A DNA stretch of 36,777 nt, from positions 1-36,777 of the forward strand of contig CAZOYD010000033.1 of NCBI GenBank assembly GCA_964583985.1, written 5' to 3'. The first letter of the stretch is position 1; every line of letters begins with the position of its first letter. The notes beneath the pieces were generated by a model that searched no databases, was not told where the DNA came from, and worked only from the letters and a program-made list of their open reading frames with translations. The position numbers and the translations under genes are program-made. Shown piece after piece: positions 1 through 10,216 of the stretch. Source of the DNA: an uncultured archaeon. GTDB lineage: Archaea > Asgardarchaeota > Lokiarchaeia > Sigyniarchaeales > SOKP01.

Positions 1-12
1 TTCTTGAGTCAT
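1..12 (-). CDS. possible start (MTQE...) of a gene divergent from the TetR regulator, running off the window
   Basis: Reverse complement of 1-12 reads ATG ACT CAA GAA; it sits beside the TetR operator pair. Only four codons are visible. Confidence 0.3.
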
Positions 13-45
13 TTTTTTAAACAAAACCAAATGTTTTTTAAGTAA

Positions 46-88
46 GTGAGTTTTTACTCATTTATAAACTTTATGAGCAATTACTCAT
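46..88. promoter_or_regulatory. two 16-bp palindromic operators (RTGAG-N6-CTCAT) flanking a TATA box; likely TetR binding sites
   Basis: GTGAGTTTTTACTCAT at 46-61 and ATGAGCAATTACTCAT at 73-88, with TTTATAAA at 61-68 between them, just upstream of the ATG at 103. Confidence 0.7.
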
Positions 89-102
89 TTTATATAATTA
101 TA

Positions 103-711
103 ATGTCAAGTAAAAAATTTTCTCGCAATAAACAAGAAAAAATCGATTTAATATATGAGACATTCTTCGATTTAATCTTAAAACAAGGATATCACAAAGT
201 AAGTACAAATCACGTGGCAAAATCAGCGAAAATTAGTATAGGTACGATATATAAATATTTTCCAAAAGGAAAAGATGATATCATGCGAAAATATTTTGAA
301 GAATCAATGGAAACAGTGATAGATAAAGAAGCTTTACTAAACATAAATAACAATAATATAAGAGATTTTATCTCTCAATTTATCAAAGTATTATATCAAT
401 TTCATAAAGAAAAGAAGGGATATAATTTGGCATTTCGTTCTGTCATCCAATCAAATAAAAAATTGCGAGATCTCCAAAAAGAGAAACTTTTCACTTCCTT
501 TAAGGAATTAGCTCAGGAATTAAGAAAACAAAATGAAAGTTTCGAAAAAATCCCTGAGAAAAAATTGATTGAAATATTCATCCTCTTGTATAATCTTATC
601 AACGCGATATTGTATCATCATCTATCTGTAATGGAATTTTTCGACACGGATGATAAATTAATTGAATTTCTCTCAACTTTGGTGATTTGTACATTGGGAG
701 GTTTTACTTAA
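103..711 (+). CDS. TetR/AcrR family transcriptional regulator
   Basis: N-terminal HTH 'GYHKVSTNHVAKSAKISIGTIYKYFP..K'. ATG 103 is preferred to GTG 46 because the upstream part overlaps the operators and TATA box. Confidence 0.9.
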   Translation: MSSKKFSRNKQEKIDLIYETFFDLILKQGYHKVSTNHVAKSAKISIGTIYKYFPKGKDDIMRKYFEESMETVIDKEALLNINNNNIRDFISQFIKVLYQFHKEKKGYNLAFRSVIQSNKKLRDLQKEKLFTSFKELAQELRKQNESFEKIPEKKLIEIFILLYNLINAILYHHLSVMEFFDTDDKLIEFLSTLVICTLGGFT

Positions 712-738
712 CGTTATTAAATTTTACGCTCTATTAGT

Positions 739-1188
739 TCATATCTTTAATATCTCTAATTTGGATTCCTTCACCATTTGTGCCTTCACTATATTCTCCA
801 TGTTATAATCTTCTTTATAAACAAGTCTTTTTACTCCCGCGTTTATTATCAATTTCAAACAGCTCATGCAAGGAAAGGTTGTAGAATATAGCGTAGTATC
901 TCCGTTGATAGACGTACCATGAATTGCGGCTTGAATGATGCAATTTATTTCGGCATGGACACCTCGACAGAGTTCTGGTTGATTTCCAGGTTCTAAATTC
1001 TTCCGAAGGCATGTCTCTGAAGTACAATGAGTAAAACCAGTAGGTGCTCCGTTATAACCAGTTGATAAGATGTGAGAATCCTTCACTAAGACGGCACCAA
1101 CTTTTCTCTTGATGCACGTTGATCGCAGCGAAACTACTTCTGCTATCTTCATGAAATATTGATCTTTTGAGATTCTAGTGTCTTTCAA
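739..1188 (-). CDS. dCMP (deoxycytidylate) deaminase, ComEB-like
   Basis: RSTC..RKVGAV, TGYNG, HAEIN and PCMSC zinc motifs; TTG start. Confidence 0.9.
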   Translation of the reverse strand: MKDTRISKDQYFMKIAEVVSLRSTCIKRKVGAVLVKDSHILSTGYNGAPTGFTHCTSETCLRKNLEPGNQPELCRGVHAEINCIIQAAIHGTSINGDTTLYSTTFPCMSCLKLIINAGVKRLVYKEDYNMENIVKAQMVKESKLEILKI

Positions 1189-1308
1189 TGTTAATATCTA
1201 CTTATCTTTTAAATTTAAAAAATACCTATTAAACATATTAATTATTTTAAATATTAAAAATGTCATTATAAAATTATTACAGATAGAGAATAAAACACGG
1301 TTTTAAAT

Positions 1309-2541
1309 ATGGTGAAGGAATTTAAATTTCCATGGGCTGCGTGGAGAGAGCCCGATTATTTTACTGCAAGGTTTCCAGATGACTGGGACGTGACCACTTG
1401 TAGAATGAAGGGTGCTGATGATCCTGAAATGAGTGGTGATGATATTAAAAAAGCAATATTAAATCCAATTGGGACTCCTAAATTATCTGAAATCGCGAGA
1501 GGAAAGAATTCAGCAGTAATAGTTGTGGATGACATGACAAGAACTACACAAGCTGCTAAAATATTGCCCCATGTATTCGAGGAATTAGAAAAAGCGGAAA
1601 TTGGAAAGGATAAAATTAAAATTCTATTAGCTATCGGAGCTCATAGACCAATGAATAAGCGAGATTGTGAATTAAAATTGGGAAAACAAATTGCTAACGA
1701 TTACTCTATCGAAAATCATCATCCTTATTTGAATTTAGTAAATTTGGGAGAATCCAAAATTGGCACCCCTATAGAGGTTAATAAGACGTATTACGAATCA
1801 GAAGTGAAAATCGCTGTGGGTGGAGTCATTCCTCATCCTCTCGCAGGATTTGGGGGCGGTGCAAAAATAGTTTTACCGGGAGTATGTGGTATTCGCACGC
1901 TAGAATCAAATCATTCTGCGGGTTTGCGAGGGGTAGGAGCAGGTTTAGGGAGAATGACGGAAATTAGAGAAGACATTGAAAATATCGCGGACATAGTAAG
2001 GTTAGATTTTTCCATCAATGTTATTATGAATGAAATGGGGAACAGTACCGCCATATTTGCAGGTCATTATAGAAATGCTCATAGAAAGACAATGGAAGTT
2101 GCTAAAGAGGCTTATAAAACGCAACTTACAAGTGATAATGAAATTTGCTTTTTCAATGCATTTCCTGAAGATTCGGAATTAAATCAAGCTTTGAAATGTT
2201 TAAATTTACTGATGATAGCCCCCACAGCCTTGTTACAAAGAAAAGGTAGTATTGTATTCATGTCATCTTCCTATGAAGGAAAAGGATATCATAGTCTCAT
2301 GGCAGAGACAGGAGCACCACTATATACCAATTATGGTGATATGGTAATTTGGAAAGCATTTGTTAAAAAACGTAATGTATTTTATTTTTCTCCAAATGTG
2401 AGCGAATCAGATCTGTATCATTTTTTTCCTAAAAATGTCATCCTAATCAAGGAATGGGATGATTTAATCTCTGAACTCGAAAAATTACATGGAACCAATC
2501 CAAAAGCTTGCATCATTCCTACAAGTATCCAATTAACTTAA
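1309..2541 (+). CDS. larA: LarA-family nickel-pincer-dependent 2-hydroxyacid racemase/epimerase
   Basis: NPIG, VDDMTR, GAHR, PH..AGFGGGAK..LPG, NH and Q..K motifs. Substrate is uncertain. Confidence 0.8.
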   Translation: MVKEFKFPWAAWREPDYFTARFPDDWDVTTCRMKGADDPEMSGDDIKKAILNPIGTPKLSEIARGKNSAVIVVDDMTRTTQAAKILPHVFEELEKAEIGKDKIKILLAIGAHRPMNKRDCELKLGKQIANDYSIENHHPYLNLVNLGESKIGTPIEVNKTYYESEVKIAVGGVIPHPLAGFGGGAKIVLPGVCGIRTLESNHSAGLRGVGAGLGRMTEIREDIENIADIVRLDFSINVIMNEMGNSTAIFAGHYRNAHRKTMEVAKEAYKTQLTSDNEICFFNAFPEDSELNQALKCLNLLMIAPTALLQRKGSIVFMSSSYEGKGYHSLMAETGAPLYTNYGDMVIWKAFVKKRNVFYFSPNVSESDLYHFFPKNVILIKEWDDLISELEKLHGTNPKACIIPTSIQLT

Positions 2542-2574
2542 AAAAAGGTATCACCTTTTCAAAAATATTAAAAA

Positions 2575-3834
2575 ATGAAAAAAGTAGAATTATTAGCTCC
2601 AGCTAAAAATCTCAAGGCTATTAAGGCAGCATCAAAATACGCGGATTCGGTGTATTTTGGGATCGAAAAATTTAACATGAGAATGCGATCGGAAAATATT
2701 GCTTTAGAAAATTTAGCTGAGATCGTAAAATTTTGCCATCACGAGGATTTGAAAGCTTACTTGGCCACTAACATCCTAATATACGACAATGAAATTTCGT
2801 ATTTACGCACTATTTTAGAAAAAGCAAAAGAAGTTGAAATTGATGCGGTTATTATTCACGATTTAGCTGCGTTGGAAATTGCTAAACAAATTGGATTGCC
2901 TTTTCACATCTCAACCCAATGCAATGTATCAAATTCTCTTTCTGCGAATTTTTATGAAACTCTAGGGGCACAAAGAATTATTTTAGCACGAGAGTTATCT
3001 CTTGAGAAAATTAAGGAAATAAAGAGAAATTTATCAAAAGCTGAAATTGAAGTATTTATACATGGTGCAATGTGTACATCCGTGAGTGGACGTTGTTATT
3101 TTTCCCAAGATATCTGTGGAACTGAAGAAAAATCCGCAAATAAGGGTAATTGTGTTCAACCTTGCAGGAGACGTTGGTGGGTTCGTGAAGAATCGGGAAC
3201 CGAATATATTTATGACGGAACGCGATTCATGAATTCAAGAGATTTATGCACCATCGCCTATATTCCCGAATTAATTGACGCAAACGTGGATGCATTCAAA
3301 ATAGAAGGACGCATGAGACACCCCCATTATGTCGAAACTGTATCAAGAGTATACCGAGAAGCGATTGAAGCTTATTATGATGGAACTTTTTCTCAAAAGA
3401 AAGCCGGTAGCTGGGTTACTGAATTAAAAAAGGTCTACAACCGCGGATTCACCCCGGGATTTTATTTCAAGAGGATGACTGAAGAAGATCATCAACAAAA
3501 ATCACCTTCAAATTTATCTCATTATCGATATATTAAAATTGGAAAAGTTAAATCTTATATACCTGAGAAAAAAATCGCCCGAATCTCTATAGATAATGGT
3601 TACCTTTCCGATAACGACGATATTATTATAATGAGTAAAAAATCTGACACTTATTTACATCAATATGCGAGAGACATATTTCATGATGGGAAAAAAATCA
3701 ATAAAACACCCCGTGGTACAAAAAAGGATAATATTCTGATTGATTTAATAGTCAATGAGCCTGTAATAGAAAATGTAGATAACGTATATATTTTTACAGA
3801 TAAAACCTATAAGACGAAATCATATTCCTTTTAA
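2575..3834 (+). CDS. U32 'peptidase' family Fe-S protein (TrhP/RlhA-like RNA hydroxylase)
   Basis: ELLAPA, HISTQ, LARELS, EVFIHGAMC-x6-C...C-x3-CR, KIEGRMR and YNRGF motifs. Confidence 0.88.
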   Translation: MKKVELLAPAKNLKAIKAASKYADSVYFGIEKFNMRMRSENIALENLAEIVKFCHHEDLKAYLATNILIYDNEISYLRTILEKAKEVEIDAVIIHDLAALEIAKQIGLPFHISTQCNVSNSLSANFYETLGAQRIILARELSLEKIKEIKRNLSKAEIEVFIHGAMCTSVSGRCYFSQDICGTEEKSANKGNCVQPCRRRWWVREESGTEYIYDGTRFMNSRDLCTIAYIPELIDANVDAFKIEGRMRHPHYVETVSRVYREAIEAYYDGTFSQKKAGSWVTELKKVYNRGFTPGFYFKRMTEEDHQQKSPSNLSHYRYIKIGKVKSYIPEKKIARISIDNGYLSDNDDIIIMSKKSDTYLHQYARDIFHDGKKINKTPRGTKKDNILIDLIVNEPVIENVDNVYIFTDKTYKTKSYSF

Positions 3835-3940
3835 AATGATTTTTATTATGCTCTTAATATCAAGCAATCTCTTGACGGTTTAATATTAATTCAAGCATGA
3901 CTTTTTATTATTTATAATCAAAAAGTAAGAGAGATCTTGA

Positions 3941-4858
3941 ATGGAAAGAAAAAATAAACAGATTGTAGAATCGGTTCCAAATTATAGTGAAGGAATAGAT
4001 AGAGAAAAAGTCGAACAAATTGTAAATGAAATAAAAAATACACCCGAAACAAGGATAGTGGATGTGCAATTTGATTCAAATTATAATCGGGCAGTAATAA
4101 CTTTTGTAGGCACCCCAGAAGCAGTATTTAAAGCAAATATAGCTGCTGCGAAAAAGGCAATAAATTTAATTGATATGAATAAGCATAAGGGTCAGCACCC
4201 TCGTATTGGGGCAATTGATGTTGTTCCTTTTGTTCCTGCTCAAAATATCTCATTAGAAGAATGTGTAGAATTATCTATCAAGTTTGCAGAAGCGATGGCT
4301 GAAGAAAATATTCCTGTTTATCTATATGAAGCATCCGCTCGTAAAATGGAAAGAATTAATATTGATAACATCCGAAAAGGAGAATTTGAGGGTTTAAAGG
4401 AAGCAATTAAATCAGATCCGGATCGTAAACCCGATTTTGGTCCATCAAAGCTTCATCCAACGGCAGGAGCTATCATCACAGGAGCACGATACCCATTAAT
4501 TAGTTTCAATATTAACTTAGGAACATCAGATGTTAGAATTGCTAAAAAAGTGGCAAAAGCTATTCATCTACGTTCAGGGGGTTTAGTAAATGTAAAAGCA
4601 ATGGGAACTATATTGGAAGGAAGAGATTGCGTTCAAGTAGGAATTAGCAATGTTAATTTTAAAAAAACCCCTTTATATCGCCAGATGGAAATGGTAAGAT
4701 TTGAAGCTGCAAGGTATGGAGTACAAATAGTTGGTACTGAATTAATCGGAGTATTACCATTAGATGCGGTGTTGAATTCATTAGATTACTACTTGCAACT
4801 TGAAAAACCCGATAAACTTGATAGAAAGCATTTATTAGAAGATTATTTTGATTTTTAA
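3941..4858 (+). CDS. ftcD: glutamate formimidoyltransferase (formiminotransferase domain only)
   Basis: ESVPNYSEG, HKGQHPRIGAIDVVPFVP, IRKGEFEGL, PDFGP..HPTAGA; convergent with hutUHI. Confidence 0.9.
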   Translation: MERKNKQIVESVPNYSEGIDREKVEQIVNEIKNTPETRIVDVQFDSNYNRAVITFVGTPEAVFKANIAAAKKAINLIDMNKHKGQHPRIGAIDVVPFVPAQNISLEECVELSIKFAEAMAEENIPVYLYEASARKMERINIDNIRKGEFEGLKEAIKSDPDRKPDFGPSKLHPTAGAIITGARYPLISFNINLGTSDVRIAKKVAKAIHLRSGGLVNVKAMGTILEGRDCVQVGISNVNFKKTPLYRQMEMVRFEAARYGVQIVGTELIGVLPLDAVLNSLDYYLQLEKPDKLDRKHLLEDYFDF

Positions 4859-4876
4859 CCTAATTATTCATTTTAA

Positions 4877-6160
4877 CTAAATTTCGACCACTATTTTTCC
4901 ATTTTTTATGACCTTTGATATTAAATTGCCACCAAATTTATATGCTAAGAACTGGTGGTTAGGAACGTTAAATATATTAATATCCGCTTTTTTCCCGACT
5001 TCTAAACTTCCGATTGTATCTTGTCTTTGGAGGGCACAAGCCGCATTTATAGTAGCAGCACTCAAGGCTTCTGACGGTTTTAATTTCATGTTATAACATG
5101 CCAATACAATTATCATTTGCATTGATTCAGTCCAGCAATTGGGATTAAGATCTGTTGCAAGAGCAAGAGGTATTCCATATTCTATCATTTTTCTTGCAGG
5201 GGCATAATCTTTAAGCATGAGACAAAAAGGTGTTCCAGGTAATAGAGTAGCAATAATTTTTTTTTCCGCCATTGCTTTTAATCCAATATCATTTGATTTT
5301 ATCAGGTGACTAGCTTGAGTTACATTCAAATCAGCAGCTAAAGCAGCACCATCTGTATCCACTATCTCATCTACATGTATTTGAGGTTTTAAACCATGAT
5401 TAACAGCAGCATTCAATATTTTTTTCGTCTGTTGGATCGAAAAAATCCCCTGTTCACAAAAAACATCGCAAAATTCAGCTAATTTTTTTTCGGTAACCTG
5501 AGGGATCATTTTGGAAATAATAAGATCAACATAATCGTCTGTATTTTCCGTATACTCGGGAGGAATCGCATGAGCTCCTAAAAATGTGGATGCAATGTCC
5601 ATACGATGTCGTAAGTTTAACAATTTTGCAGCTTCTAAAGACTTTAATTCACTTTCAAGTGAGAGACCATATCCAGATTTTGTTTCGATCGTAGTGGTTC
5701 CAAATGACATCATCTCATCTAAGATTTTCATTCCATTTGTAACTAATTTTTCTATTGAAGCTTTCCGAGTTGCGGTGACCGTTTTTAAAATTCCTCCTCC
5801 CGCTTCGAGAATTTCTAAATAAGTTCTTCCTTCGAGTTTAAGTTCAAGCTCATTTTCTCGTGAGCCATCAAAAATGATATGAGTATGAGGATCCACGAAT
5901 CCTGGAGTTATTAATTGGTTTGTTGCGTCTATTACGTTTTTTATTTTATTCAAATCATAGGTACTTTTTAATTCACTTGTAGTTCCAATAAATGCAATCT
6001 TATTGTCTTTAATCGCGATAGACCCATCAAAAATGAGACCTAATTCAGCCATCTCATTTCCTATTCGCGGGCAACCAAATTTTGTATCCATTGTAACTAA
6101 TTCATTTGCATGAATTATAGCTAAATCTGGTAATAGAGTACTATCCTTCATTATGACCAT
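4877..6160 (-). CDS. hutI: imidazolonepropionase
   Basis: PGFVDPHTH, GGGI..TV.ATR, KSGYGL, TFLGAH, DVFCE, ATDLNP. The start may be ATG 6151. Confidence 0.95.
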   Translation of the reverse strand: MVIMKDSTLLPDLAIIHANELVTMDTKFGCPRIGNEMAELGLIFDGSIAIKDNKIAFIGTTSELKSTYDLNKIKNVIDATNQLITPGFVDPHTHIIFDGSRENELELKLEGRTYLEILEAGGGILKTVTATRKASIEKLVTNGMKILDEMMSFGTTTIETKSGYGLSLESELKSLEAAKLLNLRHRMDIASTFLGAHAIPPEYTENTDDYVDLIISKMIPQVTEKKLAEFCDVFCEQGIFSIQQTKKILNAAVNHGLKPQIHVDEIVDTDGAALAADLNVTQASHLIKSNDIGLKAMAEKKIIATLLPGTPFCLMLKDYAPARKMIEYGIPLALATDLNPNCWTESMQMIIVLACYNMKLKPSEALSAATINAACALQRQDTIGSLEVGKKADINIFNVPNHQFLAYKFGGNLISKVIKNGKIVVEI

Positions 6161-7670
6161 AAATTTTAGTTAATTCAAGTAATTCTCTTGATTGAATGAT
6201 AATAGCGCATTTTTCAATTAAATCAGATAAAATTGTATCTTTTATGATATGGGGAATTCTTTCTCTTATAAATTTATGAATTGCTTCAACAAAATTACTA
6301 GATTTAAGTGGACGTCTAAAATCAATTGCTTGAGCAGCACATAACATTTCAATAGCTAATATATTTTCAAGATTTTTAACAATATTAAGCGCTTTTCGAG
6401 CACTTATTGAGCCCATGCTCACGTGATCTTCTTGTCCCATTGACGTTGGAATGCTATCGGCACTTGCAGGAAAGCAGTTAGTTTTATTTTCACTTGCAAG
6501 TGCCGCAGAACAATACTGAGCAATCATAAACCCAGAATTAAGACCAGAATCCTTGATCAAATATGCAGGTAAGCCCCACTTCCCTTCTAATAAGAGATAT
6601 GTCCTGCGATCGGAGATATTCCCTAATTCTGAAGCGGCAAGGCTCACATAATCTAATGGTAATGCTAAGGGTTGACCATGAAAATTTCCACCACTTATTG
6701 CTGTATTTTCATCAAAAATAACAGGATTATCAGTTACCGAATTCAATTCGCACTCTAATTTTTCAATGAAATGACTCAACGCATCACGAGATGCGCCATG
6801 CACTTGCGGAATGCAGCGTATTGAATAGGGATCTTGAACACGTCCACAATCAACATGTGATTTAATAAAACCCGAATTTTTTAAATATAACCTGAATTTT
6901 TGGGCAACTTGTTGAGCACCAATATGAGGTCTTAGATTTATTAGTTCTTCTTTAAATGGTTGTAGTGAGGCTAAATACCCTTCCAGACTTAATGCTCCAA
7001 TTATATCAGCATGCTCAAGACAATTAAGAAATTTATCTGCTACCATGACAGAATGAGCTGTAATGAATTGAGTTCCATTGATCAATGCCAGCCCTTCTTT
7101 AGCCTGTAGACATATTGGTTTCATTTTATTTTGGTCCAAGATTTCTTGACATTTATGATAAGTTTTTCCATCATTAGACAAGAAGCCTAAACCAATTAAC
7201 GGTATAAATAAATGGGCTAATGGCGCTAGGTCTCCCGAAGCTCCTACTGATCCTTGTGAGTAAACCATTGGTATCCAATCATTTTGAATGTGCCATAAAA
7301 TTCTTTCTATTACTTGTTCCGAAATTCCAGAATAACCCATGCTCAGAACATGTATCTTTAATATCAACATTAATTTTGCAATGTCTTGATCAATAATGGG
7401 TCCCACACCAACAGAATGACTCTTAAGTAGATTTTCCTGCAATTTACCAGTTTCTTCTTTAGAGATCTTGGTGGTTGCTAGGGAGCCGAAACCTGTATTA
7501 ACACCATATGTCAATTTTTCACTTTGAAGCATGGTTTGAACATTGTTAAAGCTCTTTCTTATTTTTAATTTGACTTCTTCAGTTAATACTCCCTCTAGTT
7601 CCCCATTAACTAATTTTAAGGCAATAGGTACGGTCAAATGATCTAACCCATATCGAAAAATTTCATTCAT
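6141..7670 (-). CDS. hutH: histidine ammonia-lyase
   Basis: YGVNTGFG, MIO-forming GSVGASGDLAPL, KEGLALINGT, QDPYSIRC.PQVHG, GGNFHG, QEDHVSMG. Confidence 0.96.
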   Translation of the reverse strand: MNEIFRYGLDHLTVPIALKLVNGELEGVLTEEVKLKIRKSFNNVQTMLQSEKLTYGVNTGFGSLATTKISKEETGKLQENLLKSHSVGVGPIIDQDIAKLMLILKIHVLSMGYSGISEQVIERILWHIQNDWIPMVYSQGSVGASGDLAPLAHLFIPLIGLGFLSNDGKTYHKCQEILDQNKMKPICLQAKEGLALINGTQFITAHSVMVADKFLNCLEHADIIGALSLEGYLASLQPFKEELINLRPHIGAQQVAQKFRLYLKNSGFIKSHVDCGRVQDPYSIRCIPQVHGASRDALSHFIEKLECELNSVTDNPVIFDENTAISGGNFHGQPLALPLDYVSLAASELGNISDRRTYLLLEGKWGLPAYLIKDSGLNSGFMIAQYCSAALASENKTNCFPASADSIPTSMGQEDHVSMGSISARKALNIVKNLENILAIEMLCAAQAIDFRRPLKSSNFVEAIHKFIRERIPHIIKDTILSDLIEKCAIIIQSRELLELTKIYGHNEG

Positions 7671-7682
7671 GATTTTTCACTC

Positions 7683-9713
7683 TTAATAATTACTTGGATT
7701 ATTGTTTTTTTTAATGCTAGAATCTACTAACTTTTTCAATAAATTTTCATCTGCTTCAAATGGTAGAGTCACCTGCCCCCGATCCATGTTTTCAACATTC
7801 CATTTATAGATAGTTTGTAAAGCGTTTTTATTAGTTGCCCATGCCCTTCTAGATACTCCACAATTTACATCCCATTCAAGCGTGCTTTTTATTATCTGCT
7901 TAATGCGCTCAGATCCGTCTAGGACGGTTCCAAACCCACCATTAATGGCTTTACCCGTTCCAACACCCCCTCCGTTGGATAATACGCACATCGTCGATCC
8001 TCGAGCAACATTTCCCGCCCAACAATGATGTGCCATATCTGACATGATGTTGCTTCCATCCTTGATATTAGAAGTTTCCCTAAACGGTGAATCGGTTCCT
8101 CCAGTATCGTGATGATCTCTTCCAAGCATCACTGGTCCAATTTCTTCATTTCTTACCATTTCATTAAATTTAAGAGCAATTCTAATGCGTGTCTCCATAT
8201 CCGCATATAAAATGCGGGCTTGAGAACCAACCACCAAGTTATTATTTTCCGCATTCTTTATCCAATACCAATTATCTCGATCTTGAGCTCTGCGATTGGG
8301 ATCTATGCAAGAAAGTGCCGCTTGATCTGTTTTTATTAGATCCTCATGTTTTAAACTCAAACATACCCACCTAAATGGTCCATACCCGTAGTCAAAACAA
8401 ATAGGTCCCATGATATCTTCCACGTATGAGGGAAAGACAAATCCTTTTTTAGGATCCCCGTCTAAAGCTACTTCTTTTTTCCCAGCATCAAACACGGCTT
8501 TAAGAAATGAATTTCCATAATCCCAAAAGATAGTACCTCTTTGATTCATTATTTTAATTAGTTCAAAATGCTTTATAAGTGAGGAATTGACTAACTTGAT
8601 AAATTTTGTTCTATCGGATTTAAGAAGTTCTCGTCCTTCCTCGAAATCGATTCCAACTGGCGTATAACCCCCTTCATATACCGCGTGACATGATGTTTGG
8701 TCCGATGCGAGTTCAACGTCGATCTCCTTATCTACAACATATTGCCAGAGATCAACTATATTTCCATGATAAGCAATGGAAACATGCTCTTTCTTTTTCC
8801 TATATTCTTCTACCCACTGAAAAATTTCTTCTAAATTAGATGATTTTTTACTCAACCATCCTTGTTCATACCGAGTTAGAATTCTCGAGTAATCTACTTC
8901 AGCAATGACTCCAATACCGCCTGCTATTTCGATTGCTTTTGCTTGAGCTCCACTCATGCCGCCTAATCCAGAACTCAGATATAATTTTCCTTTTAAACCT
9001 TCATTTGGTGGAAGATTCAAGTAAAGCCGTCCGGCATTTAATAGAGTTATGAAAGTTCCATGAACGATTCCTTGTGGTCCAATATACATCCATCCTCCTG
9101 CCGTCATTTGACCATAATTCGCTACGCCTAAAGCTGTCGCTCTGTGAAAATCATCTGGATTGTCATACATTCCAATCATTAAGCCATTACTAAGAATTAC
9201 ACGAGGAGCATCTCTTTTACTAGGAAAGATACCTAATGGATGACCTGACATCACCACAAGCGTCTGATCCTCCTTGATCGATTCCAAATATTTCTTGATT
9301 AATCTGTATTGCATCCAATTTTGGCATACTTGGCCACTTTCACCATAAGTCACCAATTCATATGGATAAAGAGCAACATCAAAATCTAAATTATTATCAA
9401 TCATAACTTGAATAGCCCGTGCTTCAAGTATTCCGTTGTATTCTTGAATGGGTTTTGCTTTAATTTCTCCATCAGGACGATAACGATAACCATAAATTCT
9501 GCCTTTATTTAATAATTCTTCTAAAAATTCAGGAGCTAAAGTGTCATGCAAACTTTCTGGAATATATCTGAGGGCATTTTTCAATGCTAAAATGATTTCT
9601 TCACGAGTTAAAGTCAAACTGCGACTAGGAGCCCTTCGGATCTTTTCTTTAAATTTAGGATATGGGGGAAGTTCTTCAGATAATTTAATTTTCATGGCAT
9701 TTGAAATATCCAT
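7683..9713 (-). CDS. hutU: urocanate hydratase, long type
   Basis: YGQMTAG.WMYIGPQGIVHGT, GLGGMSGAQ, SDQTSCH, GPFRWV, GRDHHD, DSPFRET; 676 aa with N-terminal extension. Confidence 0.96.
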   Translation of the reverse strand: MDISNAMKIKLSEELPPYPKFKEKIRRAPSRSLTLTREEIILALKNALRYIPESLHDTLAPEFLEELLNKGRIYGYRYRPDGEIKAKPIQEYNGILEARAIQVMIDNNLDFDVALYPYELVTYGESGQVCQNWMQYRLIKKYLESIKEDQTLVVMSGHPLGIFPSKRDAPRVILSNGLMIGMYDNPDDFHRATALGVANYGQMTAGGWMYIGPQGIVHGTFITLLNAGRLYLNLPPNEGLKGKLYLSSGLGGMSGAQAKAIEIAGGIGVIAEVDYSRILTRYEQGWLSKKSSNLEEIFQWVEEYRKKKEHVSIAYHGNIVDLWQYVVDKEIDVELASDQTSCHAVYEGGYTPVGIDFEEGRELLKSDRTKFIKLVNSSLIKHFELIKIMNQRGTIFWDYGNSFLKAVFDAGKKEVALDGDPKKGFVFPSYVEDIMGPICFDYGYGPFRWVCLSLKHEDLIKTDQAALSCIDPNRRAQDRDNWYWIKNAENNNLVVGSQARILYADMETRIRIALKFNEMVRNEEIGPVMLGRDHHDTGGTDSPFRETSNIKDGSNIMSDMAHHCWAGNVARGSTMCVLSNGGGVGTGKAINGGFGTVLDGSERIKQIIKSTLEWDVNCGVSRRAWATNKNALQTIYKWNVENMDRGQVTLPFEADENLLKKLVDSSIKKNNNPSNY

Positions 9714-9886
9714 ATTTTAACCTAACATCACCAAATATATAAAGAATTTGAAAAATTTATTGACGAACAAGAAATATAAAAAATATTCTTGAGAAATTAG
9801 CAATATTAAGGAGATTTTGGCAAAAGATATAATGAAGGTGACTATTTTCATATTAAAATGATCTATAAGAGACTTGAGTAATTAAG

Positions 9887-10093
9887 TTGAAGGGAACAAA
9901 GCGAGTAGAAATCAAATCAGGCATGAGAGTATTAATCGTATTAAAGAAAGATCAGAGATCTGGTAAATTAACCGAAGGCATAGTCAAAGATATACTTACA
10001 AATTCTCCTAATCACCATCATGGAATTAAAGTTCGGTTGACGAACGGAAAAATTGGACGAATTAAAGAAATAGTTGACTCTAAACAGAATTAG
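9887..10093 (+). CDS. YwbE family (DUF2196) small protein
   Basis: IVLKKDQRSGKLTEGIVKDILTNS..H.HGIKVRL..G.IGR signature; TTG start. Confidence 0.85.
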   Translation: MKGTKRVEIKSGMRVLIVLKKDQRSGKLTEGIVKDILTNSPNHHHGIKVRLTNGKIGRIKEIVDSKQN

Positions 10094-10216
10094 GGTATTT
10101 AAAGTATCATTTCTTATTTATTCTTTATAGATTCCATAAAAAGGAAGAAATGGGGCTAAAATGTATTGTATAGAATGATAAAAATAAATTAAAAAAAAGA
10201 ATAAGAATGATTTGTT

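Noticed and set aside
46-102. N-terminal extension of TetR from GTG 46 or ATG 73
   Set aside because: Both codons are part of the palindromic operators and lie at or upstream of the likely transcription start.
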